Source of the DNA: Patescibacteria group bacterium
GTDB taxonomy: Bacteria > Patescibacteriota > Patescibacteriia > UBA10025 > JAHIVO01
Assembly: GCA_028718605.1 (NCBI GenBank)
Contig: JAQULM010000002.1
Location: 321,776 to 385,775 of the forward strand
DNA: 64,000 bases
Direction of reading: 5' to 3'
Shown here: piece after piece, positions 1-9,377 of the stretch
How the letters are laid out: each line of letters begins with the position of its first letter
Position numbering within the stretch: position 1 is the stretch's first letter
Notes under the pieces: model-generated
What the model saw: only the letters and a program-made list of their open reading frames with translations
Told to the model about the DNA's origin: nothing
Database searches by the model: none
Position numbers and translations under genes: made by a program

Positions 1-2474
1 TCACGGACGCGAATGGCAATTTTTCACTCTCGGTTCCTGAAGGCACCTACTTTATCTCAGCATCTTTGCCGCCGTCAGAGGGATACATCAATCCGAAAGC
101 ACAACAGGTATCCGTATCACCAGATTCCCCTGCCGACACCACGCTGGAGTTCCGCATCGCTGACGGGACAATAACCGGTACGGTCACGCTCGACGGCGAG
201 CCAAATACTGCGTATGTATGGGGCTGGTCAGAAGAAGGCGGCGTATCGGAAGATTTAACAGGTGATGGAGATTACTCGCTGAATGTCACCAAAGATGAAA
301 CGTGGCACCTCGGGGCAATCTACGAAACGACAACGACCTTTTATCGCAGCGATGAAAATATCATTGATGTGCCGGCAAGCGGCGAAGCGGAACAAGATCT
401 CATGCTCTTAGAAACCGACATCGCAATCCCTTCTGCCGAAACCGCGACATTTGATGCAACCATCGCAAAAGTCATCAAATTGACCGACGGCACGGAGCTT
501 TCGATTCCTGCGTACAGCATCGCATCCGAAGGCAATGTGACGGTGACGGCAACGCCGAAAGCGCAGGTTGCTTCAACGGCGACGGCAAAACCGATCGCTC
601 TCGCCTACGATTTCACTGCAAAAGATGAGCAGAACCAGACCATCACGGCATTCAACAGCAATGTGACGATTAAGCTCCCCTATACTGACGCCCAGCTTGA
701 AGCGCTCGGAATCACCGAAGATGACATCATGCCAATGTACTATGATGATGCATCGGGAACATGGAAGTCGGTCGATAATGTGGTAATCGATACCGAAAAC
801 AACACGATTTCATTCACAGCCAACCACTTCACGAATTTCGGCATTGTAACTGGCAGGGTCACCATGCAGGCAGATGACGGCGAAGACCACCTCTCGGTCA
901 CCATTACAAAACCCCCAACTGACATGACGGTATATGCGCCCTCAGTAGCAGTCGAGGGCACTGTGTCAGATGCCAGCGCCTCCCTCACCATAAGCGTCAA
1001 TGAAGGAACGGCGGATGGCGTCCCCGTTGGTGCCGATGGCTCATTCACGAGCACGATACAGCTCCAGCCTGGCGTAAACACTGTTGCGCTGGAAGCAACG
1101 AGCGGAGGAGGGGCGGCAAGTGCGTCGCTCATCATCACGTACCAGACAAGCATTGATCCGAATGCCGATCCTTCGACGATTGCAACTGGCACAGAACGTA
1201 TGATCGTTACCATGCCCGATTTCGGCGCACCACAGGTTCGCATTTTCAATTCCGACGGTGCCGTCGTTGCGTCATTCTTCGCATACAGCGAATCCCTCCG
1301 TGGCGAATTCGGAATCACGACCGCTGATATTAATGGTGATGGCGAATGGGAAATCATTACGTACCCGAAGTCCGGGTTCCCTTCGCATATCCGCGTCTTT
1401 GACCACGAAGGCACGCTCATCGATGACTTCTTCGCCTACCAGGAAACGTACCGAGGCGGCGCAGCGGTAACTGCCGCTGATGTTGATGGCGATGCCAATG
1501 CTGACCTTGTCGTAACGCCAGCGACAGGATCGAATATTCGCGTTTACACGTTCGATAGTGATACGAATTCATTTACACTCCTGGATTGGGAAATGGCATA
1601 CGGGGATACGTTCCGCGGCCACATGAATGTCGCGGTAAGCGATATCGACTGGGATGGACAAGCTGAAATCGCAGCAGTCCCAGCGTCTGGCGGCGGGCCA
1701 AACGTGCGCGTTTATAAGTACGACAGCACGGGCGATACATTAAAACTTATCGACTGGTTCATGGCGTACGATGAGGAATTCCGGGGTGGAGTCAATATCG
1801 CCCTCGCAAACGTCTCGGGGGACGCGAATAAAGAGCTCGTTGTATCGCCTGCCTCCCTTGGCGGACCAAACGTGCGGGTGTACGAATATGACAGCGGCAC
1901 AAGCACGTTCATGCTTGAAGGTTGGTTCATGGCATACCAGGACACGTACCGAGGCGGCGTGAATCTGAAATTCGCAGACGTGAACGCTGATGGCGTATCA
2001 GAAATCATCACAACGCCGACGAATGGATCGACAAACATCCGGATTTTCGAAGACGACGCTGCCGGAAGCTTCTCGGTACTCGACTGGTTCATGGCGTACG
2101 GCGATGAATTCCGGGGTGGGGTTACAACGGCGATAACGAACCTGGATGGGGACGAATACCCGGAAATCGTCACGATGCCGGCCTCTCTCGGCGGACCAAA
2201 CGTGCGGGTATACGAATATGACAGCGTCGCGGATACAGTAGAGCTTATCGATTGGGATATGGCGTACGCCGACACGTTCCGTGGTGCCCTCGGTGCTACG
2301 GTGGCGGATCTCGACGGTGATGGCTCGTCCGAGCTGCTCATCGCCCCGACAACAGCTGGCGGCCCGAATGTGCGGGTGTACGGAATGGGCGACAGCACGC
2401 TCGCCGTTGATACATGGTTTATGGCGTACACTGAAGCCTTCCGCGGCGGAGTCACCACGGCCACAACCTTATAG
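1..2474 (+). CDS. Large surface protein, 5'-partial: Ig-like/ZU5-like domains followed by about 8 FG-GAP/VCBS-like repeats (beta-propeller)
   Basis: The frame is open from base 3 (TDANGNFSLSVPEGTYF...), so the true start lies before the window. Repeats of about 50-55 aa read FxAY..FRGGV...D.DGDG..EI...P..GGP.VRVY. Very acidic and Thr-rich. Confidence 0.85.
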   Translation, partial: TDANGNFSLSVPEGTYFISASLPPSEGYINPKAQQVSVSPDSPADTTLEFRIADGTITGTVTLDGEPNTAYVWGWSEEGGVSEDLTGDGDYSLNVTKDETWHLGAIYETTTTFYRSDENIIDVPASGEAEQDLMLLETDIAIPSAETATFDATIAKVIKLTDGTELSIPAYSIASEGNVTVTATPKAQVASTATAKPIALAYDFTAKDEQNQTITAFNSNVTIKLPYTDAQLEALGITEDDIMPMYYDDASGTWKSVDNVVIDTENNTISFTANHFTNFGIVTGRVTMQADDGEDHLSVTITKPPTDMTVYAPSVAVEGTVSDASASLTISVNEGTADGVPVGADGSFTSTIQLQPGVNTVALEATSGGGAASASLIITYQTSIDPNADPSTIATGTERMIVTMPDFGAPQVRIFNSDGAVVASFFAYSESLRGEFGITTADINGDGEWEIITYPKSGFPSHIRVFDHEGTLIDDFFAYQETYRGGAAVTAADVDGDANADLVVTPATGSNIRVYTFDSDTNSFTLLDWEMAYGDTFRGHMNVAVSDIDWDGQAEIAAVPASGGGPNVRVYKYDSTGDTLKLIDWFMAYDEEFRGGVNIALANVSGDANKELVVSPASLGGPNVRVYEYDSGTSTFMLEGWFMAYQDTYRGGVNLKFADVNADGVSEIITTPTNGSTNIRIFEDDAAGSFSVLDWFMAYGDEFRGGVTTAITNLDGDEYPEIVTMPASLGGPNVRVYEYDSVADTVELIDWDMAYADTFRGALGATVADLDGDGSSELLIAPTTAGGPNVRVYGMGDSTLAVDTWFMAYTEAFRGGVTTATTL

Positions 2475-2495
2475 ACTACGGCAGACACACGCATT

Positions 2496-2531
2496 CCCCC
2501 GCTGTTGCAGAAAGCTCCAGCGGGGGTTTTT
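2496..2531 (+). terminator. Rho-independent terminator
   Basis: CCCCCGCTG...CAGCGGGGG stem followed by TTTTT, just after the stop at 2474. Confidence 0.8.
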
Positions 2532-2550
2532 GTATCGGAACACGGGAGAG

Positions 2551-2559
2551 TGGTATACT
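2551..2559 (+). promoter_or_regulatory. Extended -10 promoter
   Basis: TGGTATACT upstream of the purD-like gene. Confidence 0.55.
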
Positions 2560-2648
2560 AAACAAATGCAGAAAAACTATAGACACCCGGCGATGAACAT
2601 CGTATACTTTATTCAGCGCTAACTCACTAACTTTTTCAAAAAAACAGG

Positions 2649-3941
2649 ATGGAAAAGAAAAAATTTCTCTTCGTGTCCCAGGACGCGCTCATCTCGGATA
2701 TTACCTGGCAGGTTACCAAGGAGGGGCATGACGTCAAATACTTCATTGGCGACAAGATTGAGGCCGATATCGCCGATGGATTCGTCAAGAAAAGCGACGA
2801 CTGGAAAAAGGACGCGGAGTGGGCAGATGTCATCATATTTGATGACGTGCTCGGCTGGGGTGCAAAGGCCCAGAAACTGCGGCAGCAGGGCAAAAAAGTA
2901 ATTGGAGGCACTCCCTATACGGACCGACTCGAGGACGACAGGTCCTTTGGTCAGGAAGAGCTCAAGAAAAACGGTGTTTCCATCCTGTCATACCAGACTT
3001 TCAACGATTTTGACGCTGCGATCGAATTCGTGAAGAAAAATCCGTGCGAATATGTCATTAAACCGTCGGGTGAGGCCCAGAACAACAAAGGGCTCCTGTT
3101 TGTCGGCATGGAAAAAGATGGCGCGGACGTCATCCGAATACTGGAAGCATACCGGCGGGTATGGGGCAAAAAAATAAAAGAATTCCAGCTCCAGCGGAAA
3201 GTAAACGGTGTTGAAGTGGCAGTCGGTGCATTCCACAATGGCAAGCGGTTTATCTACCCAATCAATATAAATTTCGAGCACAAGAAGCTTTTTCCCGGTG
3301 ATCTCGGCCCCGCGACCGGTGAAATGGGCACCAGCATGTTCTGGAGCGGCCCCAATCGGTTTTTCAATTCAACGTTGAAAAAGCTCGAAGGCGTCCTCGC
3401 CCAAGAGGGGTACGTTGGCTATATCGATCTGAACTGCATCGTGAATGGCAATGGCATTTACCCCCTGGAATTCACGTCCCGGTTCGGCTATCCGACAATC
3501 AGCATCCAGCAGGAAGGAATGATCACGCCGATCGGCGAATTTCTGTATCTGCTCGCAGATGGCGAGGATCCGCAACTGAAAACAAAACGCGGCTTCCAGA
3601 TTGGCGTCCGGGTCGTCGTGCCGCCATTCCCCTACAGCGACAAACAGACGTTCGATGTGTATTCCAAAGACGCCGCTGCCGTCTTCAAGGGAAAGAATCT
3701 CGATGGCGTTCACATCGAGGACGTGAAACTCGTGAATGGTGAATGGACGCTCACCGGCTCAACCGGTGTGGCGCTTATTATCTGCGGCACCGGCCTTACC
3801 ATGAAGCAAGCGCAGGAACAAGCGTACAACAGAATCAGAAACATTCTGATCCCGAATATGCTGTACCGTACCGACATTGGCGATCGCTGGTTTGAGGACG
3901 GCGATAAGCTGCACAGCTGGGGATACCTCCGAGAAAACTAA
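2649..3941 (+). CDS. purD: Phosphoribosylamine--glycine ligase-like ATP-grasp enzyme (divergent PurD)
   Basis: LEDDRSFG, VIKP, EHKKLFPGDLGPATGEMG, LEFTSRFGYP and C-terminal YRTDIG resemble GAR synthetase motifs. Confidence 0.7.
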   Translation: MEKKKFLFVSQDALISDITWQVTKEGHDVKYFIGDKIEADIADGFVKKSDDWKKDAEWADVIIFDDVLGWGAKAQKLRQQGKKVIGGTPYTDRLEDDRSFGQEELKKNGVSILSYQTFNDFDAAIEFVKKNPCEYVIKPSGEAQNNKGLLFVGMEKDGADVIRILEAYRRVWGKKIKEFQLQRKVNGVEVAVGAFHNGKRFIYPININFEHKKLFPGDLGPATGEMGTSMFWSGPNRFFNSTLKKLEGVLAQEGYVGYIDLNCIVNGNGIYPLEFTSRFGYPTISIQQEGMITPIGEFLYLLADGEDPQLKTKRGFQIGVRVVVPPFPYSDKQTFDVYSKDAAAVFKGKNLDGVHIEDVKLVNGEWTLTGSTGVALIICGTGLTMKQAQEQAYNRIRNILIPNMLYRTDIGDRWFEDGDKLHSWGYLREN

Positions 3942-3998
3942 TGGCTGCTGCGACTTCCATCGCAGTATGGGAAAAGGTCTGATAATGGAACAACTGAT

Positions 3999-4979
3999 AT
4001 GATTAAACTGCCGCAGCAAGACTACCAGCCGGATATGCATGCGCCGGACACCTCGGAGCACGATGAGCCAAAACACGTTGAACAAAAAAAGGCTGCCAAG
4101 CAGCCTGCCCCCCTTGAGCATCGGGAACGGCAGCGGCAAGCGAAATCGGTGCAGCAACCGGAGGTCCGTCCCTTGCCGCCGAAACCAGGAAAATCGGAAC
4201 GGCCGTTACCCCCTGGCCCTCCACCATCTGTTAACCACCACGGTGGCCTGCATCCTACTGATGTGTCAAAAAAATTCGGCGGTGGCCTTGGCGACCGCGA
4301 ACATACGCACGGGTTCCGCAACCTTGTGCTAACGCTTATTGTACTCGCGGCGCTCGTTGCAACAGGGCTTGCGGCAACGGGGCTCTATGATATTCCGTTT
4401 CTCTCCGAAAAATTCGGTACCAATAAACCGCAGGATCTCGAAGTCGCAACAAGCGATGAAGCGCTCGCAAGCCTCGGGCAAAAAATTCCCATGACAATTT
4501 CCGGTCCTCAGTTCGATTATGCCTACGTGAGCCCGAAAAAAATATACACCGGTACCGTCGCCGTTGATGCTGAAACAACGTCAGCAGAAATCTCCTCCTG
4601 GCTGCAGCGGTTCCAGGGTGAAAATCCGCCGGTAACAAAAATGCAGGTGAAAATGATCGAGGGCGGGCTGGAAATCTCCGGCATCGTCGATCGGTACGTC
4701 AAAGCTCCCGGCTATATCAAGGTCCTCGTTGCGCAAAAATCTCCAAAGAGCATCGACCTCACCATTACGGATGCGCGGCTCGGCAGAATCCCACTCCCGG
4801 CATGGATACAACGGAAAATCGAAAATTCATTCGAGGAAAAAATCAACGGCCGCTTGGGCGAAATTCCAAATTTTTCGATCGAAACGCTCGAATACCACGA
4901 CGGATTCTCCAAATTCAAAGGCACCCTGCCGGCGAATGTGTCGCCTTCAGATAATGGCTGGTGGGTGCTGCTTCAATAA
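3999..4979 (+). CDS. Hypothetical membrane-anchored protein (Pro/Gln-rich N-terminus, one TM helix, extracytoplasmic domain)
   Basis: 326-aa ORF with TM segment LVLTLIVLAALVATGLAATGLY. Confidence 0.7.
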   Translation: MIKLPQQDYQPDMHAPDTSEHDEPKHVEQKKAAKQPAPLEHRERQRQAKSVQQPEVRPLPPKPGKSERPLPPGPPPSVNHHGGLHPTDVSKKFGGGLGDREHTHGFRNLVLTLIVLAALVATGLAATGLYDIPFLSEKFGTNKPQDLEVATSDEALASLGQKIPMTISGPQFDYAYVSPKKIYTGTVAVDAETTSAEISSWLQRFQGENPPVTKMQVKMIEGGLEISGIVDRYVKAPGYIKVLVAQKSPKSIDLTITDARLGRIPLPAWIQRKIENSFEEKINGRLGEIPNFSIETLEYHDGFSKFKGTLPANVSPSDNGWWVLLQ

Positions 4980-5006
4980 CTTTTTCTCATCTGTACACGC
5001 GGCAAG

Positions 5007-5876
5007 CTACCCCTGCTGATTCGGCGGTGGTTGCTGCTTTGTGCGGTTGAACTCGTCCGCGATGTTATTATACAGCTGGACAATCAGGTTCTCTTCCGGA
5101 TTCCTGGACGGTTTGAGGCGGTGCTCGTGGTCACCATGTGAATAACGCTGGGCTGCGTGAACGAATACTCGATACGGTTTCACAACACGCCGAGTAAACA
5201 AATACGCAAGCACACCAAATATCGGTACGAATGCAAGATTGATAATCCACAGTATTTTCAAAAACTGTTGCCGCTCGGCTGAAAGCGTTTTGGCGGCGTA
5301 ATCAACGCCGACAACTGCGACCGTCTTTCCGCGGGCATCCTCAAGCGGCGCGTATCCGGAAATCCATGCGCCCCATTTGTCGTACGTCACCTCAGCATCG
5401 TATGACGGTTTCGTCAGCGCTTCTTCAAGCGCAGGATACTCTTCGGTCTCGTATAATTCTCCGAGGTCTGCTTTCATTTCTTCCGGATCAATAACACCGT
5501 TCTTATCGGCATCAATGTCAGGTTTACCGCTCACGACAAACATCATTGTATGCGGCTTGTTAGTAGGCCGGAGCGTATAGATATCATCGATTTTCGGATT
5601 ACCAGCCATGACCGATTGTAAATACAGTTCGATAATTGCGTACCGCTCGGTGTTTTGGTCTTCGGGCGATTGCAGCAGTTCATGCGTCTCCGCCGGAATC
5701 ATGTTCGCGGTCTTGACGGCGATGTCACGAAGTTCGCGTTGCGTATCGCCTAAAATTTGCGTTGAATGAACCCAATACAGCATACTTGAAATGGCAACTG
5801 TAATAACGATGCTAATAAGCCACAGCGGCCAAAAAATATGGCGCTGATATGGATTGAATTGTACCAATTCCGGCAT
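5007..5876 (-). CDS. Membrane sensor module (TM-Cache-like-TM-HAMP) with no output domain
   Basis: Two TM helices, Cache-like DKWGAWISGYAPL...VAVVGVD, HAMP-like VKP...GD...E...YNNIADEF, then a stop. Confidence 0.75.
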   Translation of the reverse strand: MPELVQFNPYQRHIFWPLWLISIVITVAISSMLYWVHSTQILGDTQRELRDIAVKTANMIPAETHELLQSPEDQNTERYAIIELYLQSVMAGNPKIDDIYTLRPTNKPHTMMFVVSGKPDIDADKNGVIDPEEMKADLGELYETEEYPALEEALTKPSYDAEVTYDKWGAWISGYAPLEDARGKTVAVVGVDYAAKTLSAERQQFLKILWIINLAFVPIFGVLAYLFTRRVVKPYRVFVHAAQRYSHGDHEHRLKPSRNPEENLIVQLYNNIADEFNRTKQQPPPNQQG

Positions 5877-6048
5877 AATGTAAAAAAATATTATTTCAAG
5901 AGCCGCATATCCCCGGCCAAATGCGGCGCTTCTTCAATTATACTAAAAACTTCGTAATATTGCTATAATACATCAACATCAATACCCAATTCGAACAAAC
6001 GCAATGCTATGCCAATAACTCGTAAAAAACAATAGGCGCATTCTGTGT

Positions 6049-6762
6049 ATGATTCCCCAGTGCATATACGAAAATTATTATAAAATCACCCGGGATGCCT
6101 GCGAGCCGCATGTGTGCGCCACCCTTATCCAGCCGGGGAATACCTGGTCAAACCTCGGCTACATAGCTGTTGGGCTGATTATTTTCTTTGCCGGCTCATA
6201 CAGCAAGAGGTCTGTTCTCGCGCTCTTCCCATGGATTATCGTGTTGATTGGCGTTGGATCTTTTTTGAACCATGCGCTCCGCACAGACCTGGGGCAGATG
6301 ATGGACATCGGGAGCATGATGCTTCTCTCGTCATACTTGGTGCTGCTCAATATCAACCGGCTTCGGCCAATAAGCAACCGCACGTTGTACCAATTGTTTA
6401 TCCTGCTTGCCGGCGTGGGCGTGGGCACCATGTATGCCCTGTATGAAATTTGGGGCATCAATATCGGCATACTTTTCTTCGGAGCCGGGCTGAGTATTCT
6501 CCTGGGACTCGAGAGTGTCCTCTGGGCGCGCTCCAAACCGTACCAGCTGCACTTCCTCCTGTTCGGGCTCCTTCCTGCCGCCGCTGCGTGCTTTACCTGG
6601 ACACTCGACTACTTTCGCGTCTGGTGCCACATGCCGACGGTTCACGTTATCAACGGCCACGTGATGTGGCATCTCCTCACGGCTGTTTCATTTTTCTTCA
6701 TCTATAAATTCTACCGGCAATTTGATACGGTAACCATTGAGGGAAAGAAAAAGCAGCGCTAA
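6049..6762 (+). CDS. Ceramidase-domain (CREST superfamily) membrane hydrolase
   Basis: CE...QPGNTWSN, GSFLNH (SxxxH), D..SM, HVMWH (HxxWH), about 7 TM helices. Confidence 0.75.
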   Translation: MIPQCIYENYYKITRDACEPHVCATLIQPGNTWSNLGYIAVGLIIFFAGSYSKRSVLALFPWIIVLIGVGSFLNHALRTDLGQMMDIGSMMLLSSYLVLLNINRLRPISNRTLYQLFILLAGVGVGTMYALYEIWGINIGILFFGAGLSILLGLESVLWARSKPYQLHFLLFGLLPAAAACFTWTLDYFRVWCHMPTVHVINGHVMWHLLTAVSFFFIYKFYRQFDTVTIEGKKKQR

Positions 6763-6774
6763 CGTACTCTCCCT

Positions 6775-7116
6775 ATGCGCTGGGTATTGCGCTCAAAAAT
6801 ACACAAAGCGACGGTGACCGACGCTAACCTCAACTACGTCGGCAGCATTACGATTGACCATGACCTGATTGAACGCGCCGGCTTCTGGCCCGGGGAAAAA
6901 GTGCTTGTCGTGAGCAATACGACCGGCGCCCGGCTCGAAACGTACGTCATCAAGGGCGAACGCGGATCTGGCACTATCTGCATGAACGGCGCCTCCTCGC
7001 ACCTCATAAAAAAGGGCGAGAAAATTATTATTATGGGGTTTGAGCTCACCGACAAGCCGATCGAACCAAAAAACATACTCGTCGATCATAAGAATCGATT
7101 TCAACGTATACTATAA
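6775..7116 (+). CDS. panD: Aspartate 1-decarboxylase (pyruvoyl enzyme)
   Basis: SKIHKATVT, self-cleavage site YVG|[18 protein letters not shown]. Confidence 0.92.
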   Translation: MRWVLRSKIHKATVTDANLNYVGSITIDHDLIERAGFWPGEKVLVVSNTTGARLETYVIKGERGSGTICMNGASSHLIKKGEKIIIMGFELTDKPIEPKNILVDHKNRFQRIL

Positions 7117-7123
7117 AATCCGT

Positions 7124-8005
7124 ATGGCATCGAAAAACAATCGGGCCACAACATCCGACGTCAGCTATTATTATGACGTCATTACCAATTCCTACCGGTC
7201 ATTCTGGGGTGAATTCTTCCACCCAGCAATTTATGAAAATGAGCACGATGACCGCGTGACGGCGCTGCGAAAAACGCACAGCCGCTTCATCAAAGATGCC
7301 TGCCTCAATCCCGGCGATTCATTCATCGACCTCGGGTGCGGAATCGGCGGATTGACCTGCTATGTTGCACAAAAATGCCGATGCCGTGGGGTCGGAATCA
7401 CTATCTCAAAATATCAAATTGCACAGGCAAAAAAGCTCGCGCGTGTTTGGCAAGCAGGAAGCACCGAGTTCAGACTCCTCGACATTATTGCTGTTGAGCA
7501 GCTGGGGGAAAAATTTGACGCGGCGTTCCTCGTGGACGTCGGCTGCCACCTGCCGGATAAAGCGCTCGCGATGAAAAAAATCGCTGCTGTATTGAAACCC
7601 GGCGGCCGATTGGTGATTGCTGATTGGCTCCAGAAAGAACACCCGAACGCATTAGAACGCGAATTGCTCCTCGAGCCGTTCAACCGCTACTGGCATTTCC
7701 CCTCCATGGAATCCCTTGCTGGATATAAAAAAATAATCCGAAAGGCTGGAATGCGCGTTGTTCAAGCAGAAGATGTTAGTATAAAGACGAGGAAGAACTG
7801 GGAATTTTTCTACGACCTCGCTGTTCGCGAAGTTGGAAAAATGGACATCGAACAGGTGATCCGATATGTCGCAAATCCTGCGGTGCTCCGCAGCCCACGG
7901 CGGGCGCTCGCGACCGCAAAGAACCAGTTCTACGCAAATTCTTTCACCAAGCTTTGCTTTGATGCAGGCGTTTTCCGCTACGGATACATCGTGTGCGAAA
8001 AATAA
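7124..8005 (+). CDS. Class I SAM-dependent methyltransferase (sterol/tocopherol/sarcosine MT-like)
   Basis: YY...WGEFFH, IDLGCGIGG, LKPGGRLVIADW. Start moved to the ATG at 7124, just after the panD stop. Confidence 0.8.
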   Translation: MASKNNRATTSDVSYYYDVITNSYRSFWGEFFHPAIYENEHDDRVTALRKTHSRFIKDACLNPGDSFIDLGCGIGGLTCYVAQKCRCRGVGITISKYQIAQAKKLARVWQAGSTEFRLLDIIAVEQLGEKFDAAFLVDVGCHLPDKALAMKKIAAVLKPGGRLVIADWLQKEHPNALERELLLEPFNRYWHFPSMESLAGYKKIIRKAGMRVVQAEDVSIKTRKNWEFFYDLAVREVGKMDIEQVIRYVANPAVLRSPRRALATAKNQFYANSFTKLCFDAGVFRYGYIVCEK

Positions 8006-8074
8006 TCCCGCTTGCTAGCTTCCGGATTATAAATTTGCTATACTAGTACTTCAAACCATTAACCTCCATCATCT

Positions 8075-9367
8075 ATGAAGGAAATATTTCGGAATATGTG
8101 GCGCCGCAAGATGCGGACAATTTTGACAGTTTTCGGCATCGCGATCGGCATTTTTGCGTTTACCGTTATGGGTTCCATGTCCCTCAAGATCAACAAGATG
8201 ATCAGCGGTGGCAAGCGGTATATCACCGGCCAGATAACCATTATGCCAAAAGGATCGTCCGCCGATACGTACGGGATGATGGGCGGAGCGTCATTCCTGG
8301 CGCTCGATACGCTGAACAAAATTGCTGAAGTGGACGGCGTGAAGGCAGTTACGGGCGGGGTATCCCTCGCGCTTAAGGAAGTGGACCTCAATGATCCTGA
8401 AAGCCAAAGCATGAGCTTCGGCATGCCCGCAACCATCGAAGGCATGGATCTGAATTCGGCATTTGAGAACCGCAACTGGAACACGATCGACATGAAAGAG
8501 GGGCACATGATAACTCAAGATGACCCGGACACTGCTATCACGATCGGCTATACGATCGCGGGAGACAATAACCTGAAAACCGGCGATACGTTTCAAATTC
8601 GCGGCACTGATTTCCAGGTTGTCGGGATCGCCGACCAGACACTCACCGGCCCGGACCAATACGTGTTCATGGGCATCACGAAGGCACGGGAGCTTCTTGT
8701 TGAAGCGACGCCATTCCTGAAGTCGCTCAAAGAACGCGCTGATGAAGCGGGAAGCCTTTCTGAGGCCGCGCTCGCCGCACTGCCGGAAGCGACCCGGAAG
8801 GAAATCACAGAAGCAAAAGCATTCAAAATGGAGGACGTAAACCAGATGGCGGCCGTTTCATGGGAAGACGGCCAGGATTCGGATGTTGTTGCCAACCGCA
8901 TCAAGGACCAATTCAAAGATGAGGCGGTCGTGCTGTCGCCGAAAATGCTCGGCGAACAGATCGACAAGGCATCAGCCATTTTTAATACCATGATACTCGG
9001 GAGCGCACTCATCGCCCTGATCGTCGGCGGCTTCTCCATCATCAATACCATGATCATGTCAATCTCCGAGCGGACCAAGGAGATCGGCATCAAGAAAGCG
9101 CTCGGCGCTTCCCGCAAGGCGATTGCCTACGAGTACACGCTCGAGGCGGGCGTTATCGGCCTGATCGGCGGCTGCATCGGTATGGGATTCGGCGTGCTCC
9201 TGGCGAGCATCCTGAACAGCAAAACGTCCGCCGAAATCTTCATGCTATCGCTAAATTTCCTTGGCGGAGTTGTCGCTTTTTCCTTCGTCCTCGGCATTAT
9301 CGCGGGTATCATACCGGCTATCAAGGCGTCGCGCATGAAAGCCGTTGACGCTATTCGCGAACTATAA
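8075..9367 (+). CDS. ABC transporter permease, MacB/FtsX family
   Basis: RRKMRTILTVFGIAIG, IINTMIMSISERTKEIGIKKALGA, PAIKASRM. Confidence 0.9.
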   Translation: MKEIFRNMWRRKMRTILTVFGIAIGIFAFTVMGSMSLKINKMISGGKRYITGQITIMPKGSSADTYGMMGGASFLALDTLNKIAEVDGVKAVTGGVSLALKEVDLNDPESQSMSFGMPATIEGMDLNSAFENRNWNTIDMKEGHMITQDDPDTAITIGYTIAGDNNLKTGDTFQIRGTDFQVVGIADQTLTGPDQYVFMGITKARELLVEATPFLKSLKERADEAGSLSEAALAALPEATRKEITEAKAFKMEDVNQMAAVSWEDGQDSDVVANRIKDQFKDEAVVLSPKMLGEQIDKASAIFNTMILGSALIALIVGGFSIINTMIMSISERTKEIGIKKALGASRKAIAYEYTLEAGVIGLIGGCIGMGFGVLLASILNSKTSAEIFMLSLNFLGGVVAFSFVLGIIAGIIPAIKASRMKAVDAIREL

Positions 9368-9377
9368 CCATACGACT

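Noticed and set aside
1200-2460. Periodic DNA repeats that could suggest a CRISPR array or a DGR template/variable pair
   Set aside because: They are in-frame protein repeats with degenerate copies. There are no unique spacers, cas genes or reverse transcriptase, and mismatches are not adenine-specific.
740-2494. Long minus-strand ORFs (226 and 260 aa) with apparent repeats
   Set aside because: Antisense shadows of the repeat surface protein, with no independent motifs
3941-3982. 13-codon ORF coupled to the purD stop (TAATG)
   Set aside because: Too short, with no supporting signal
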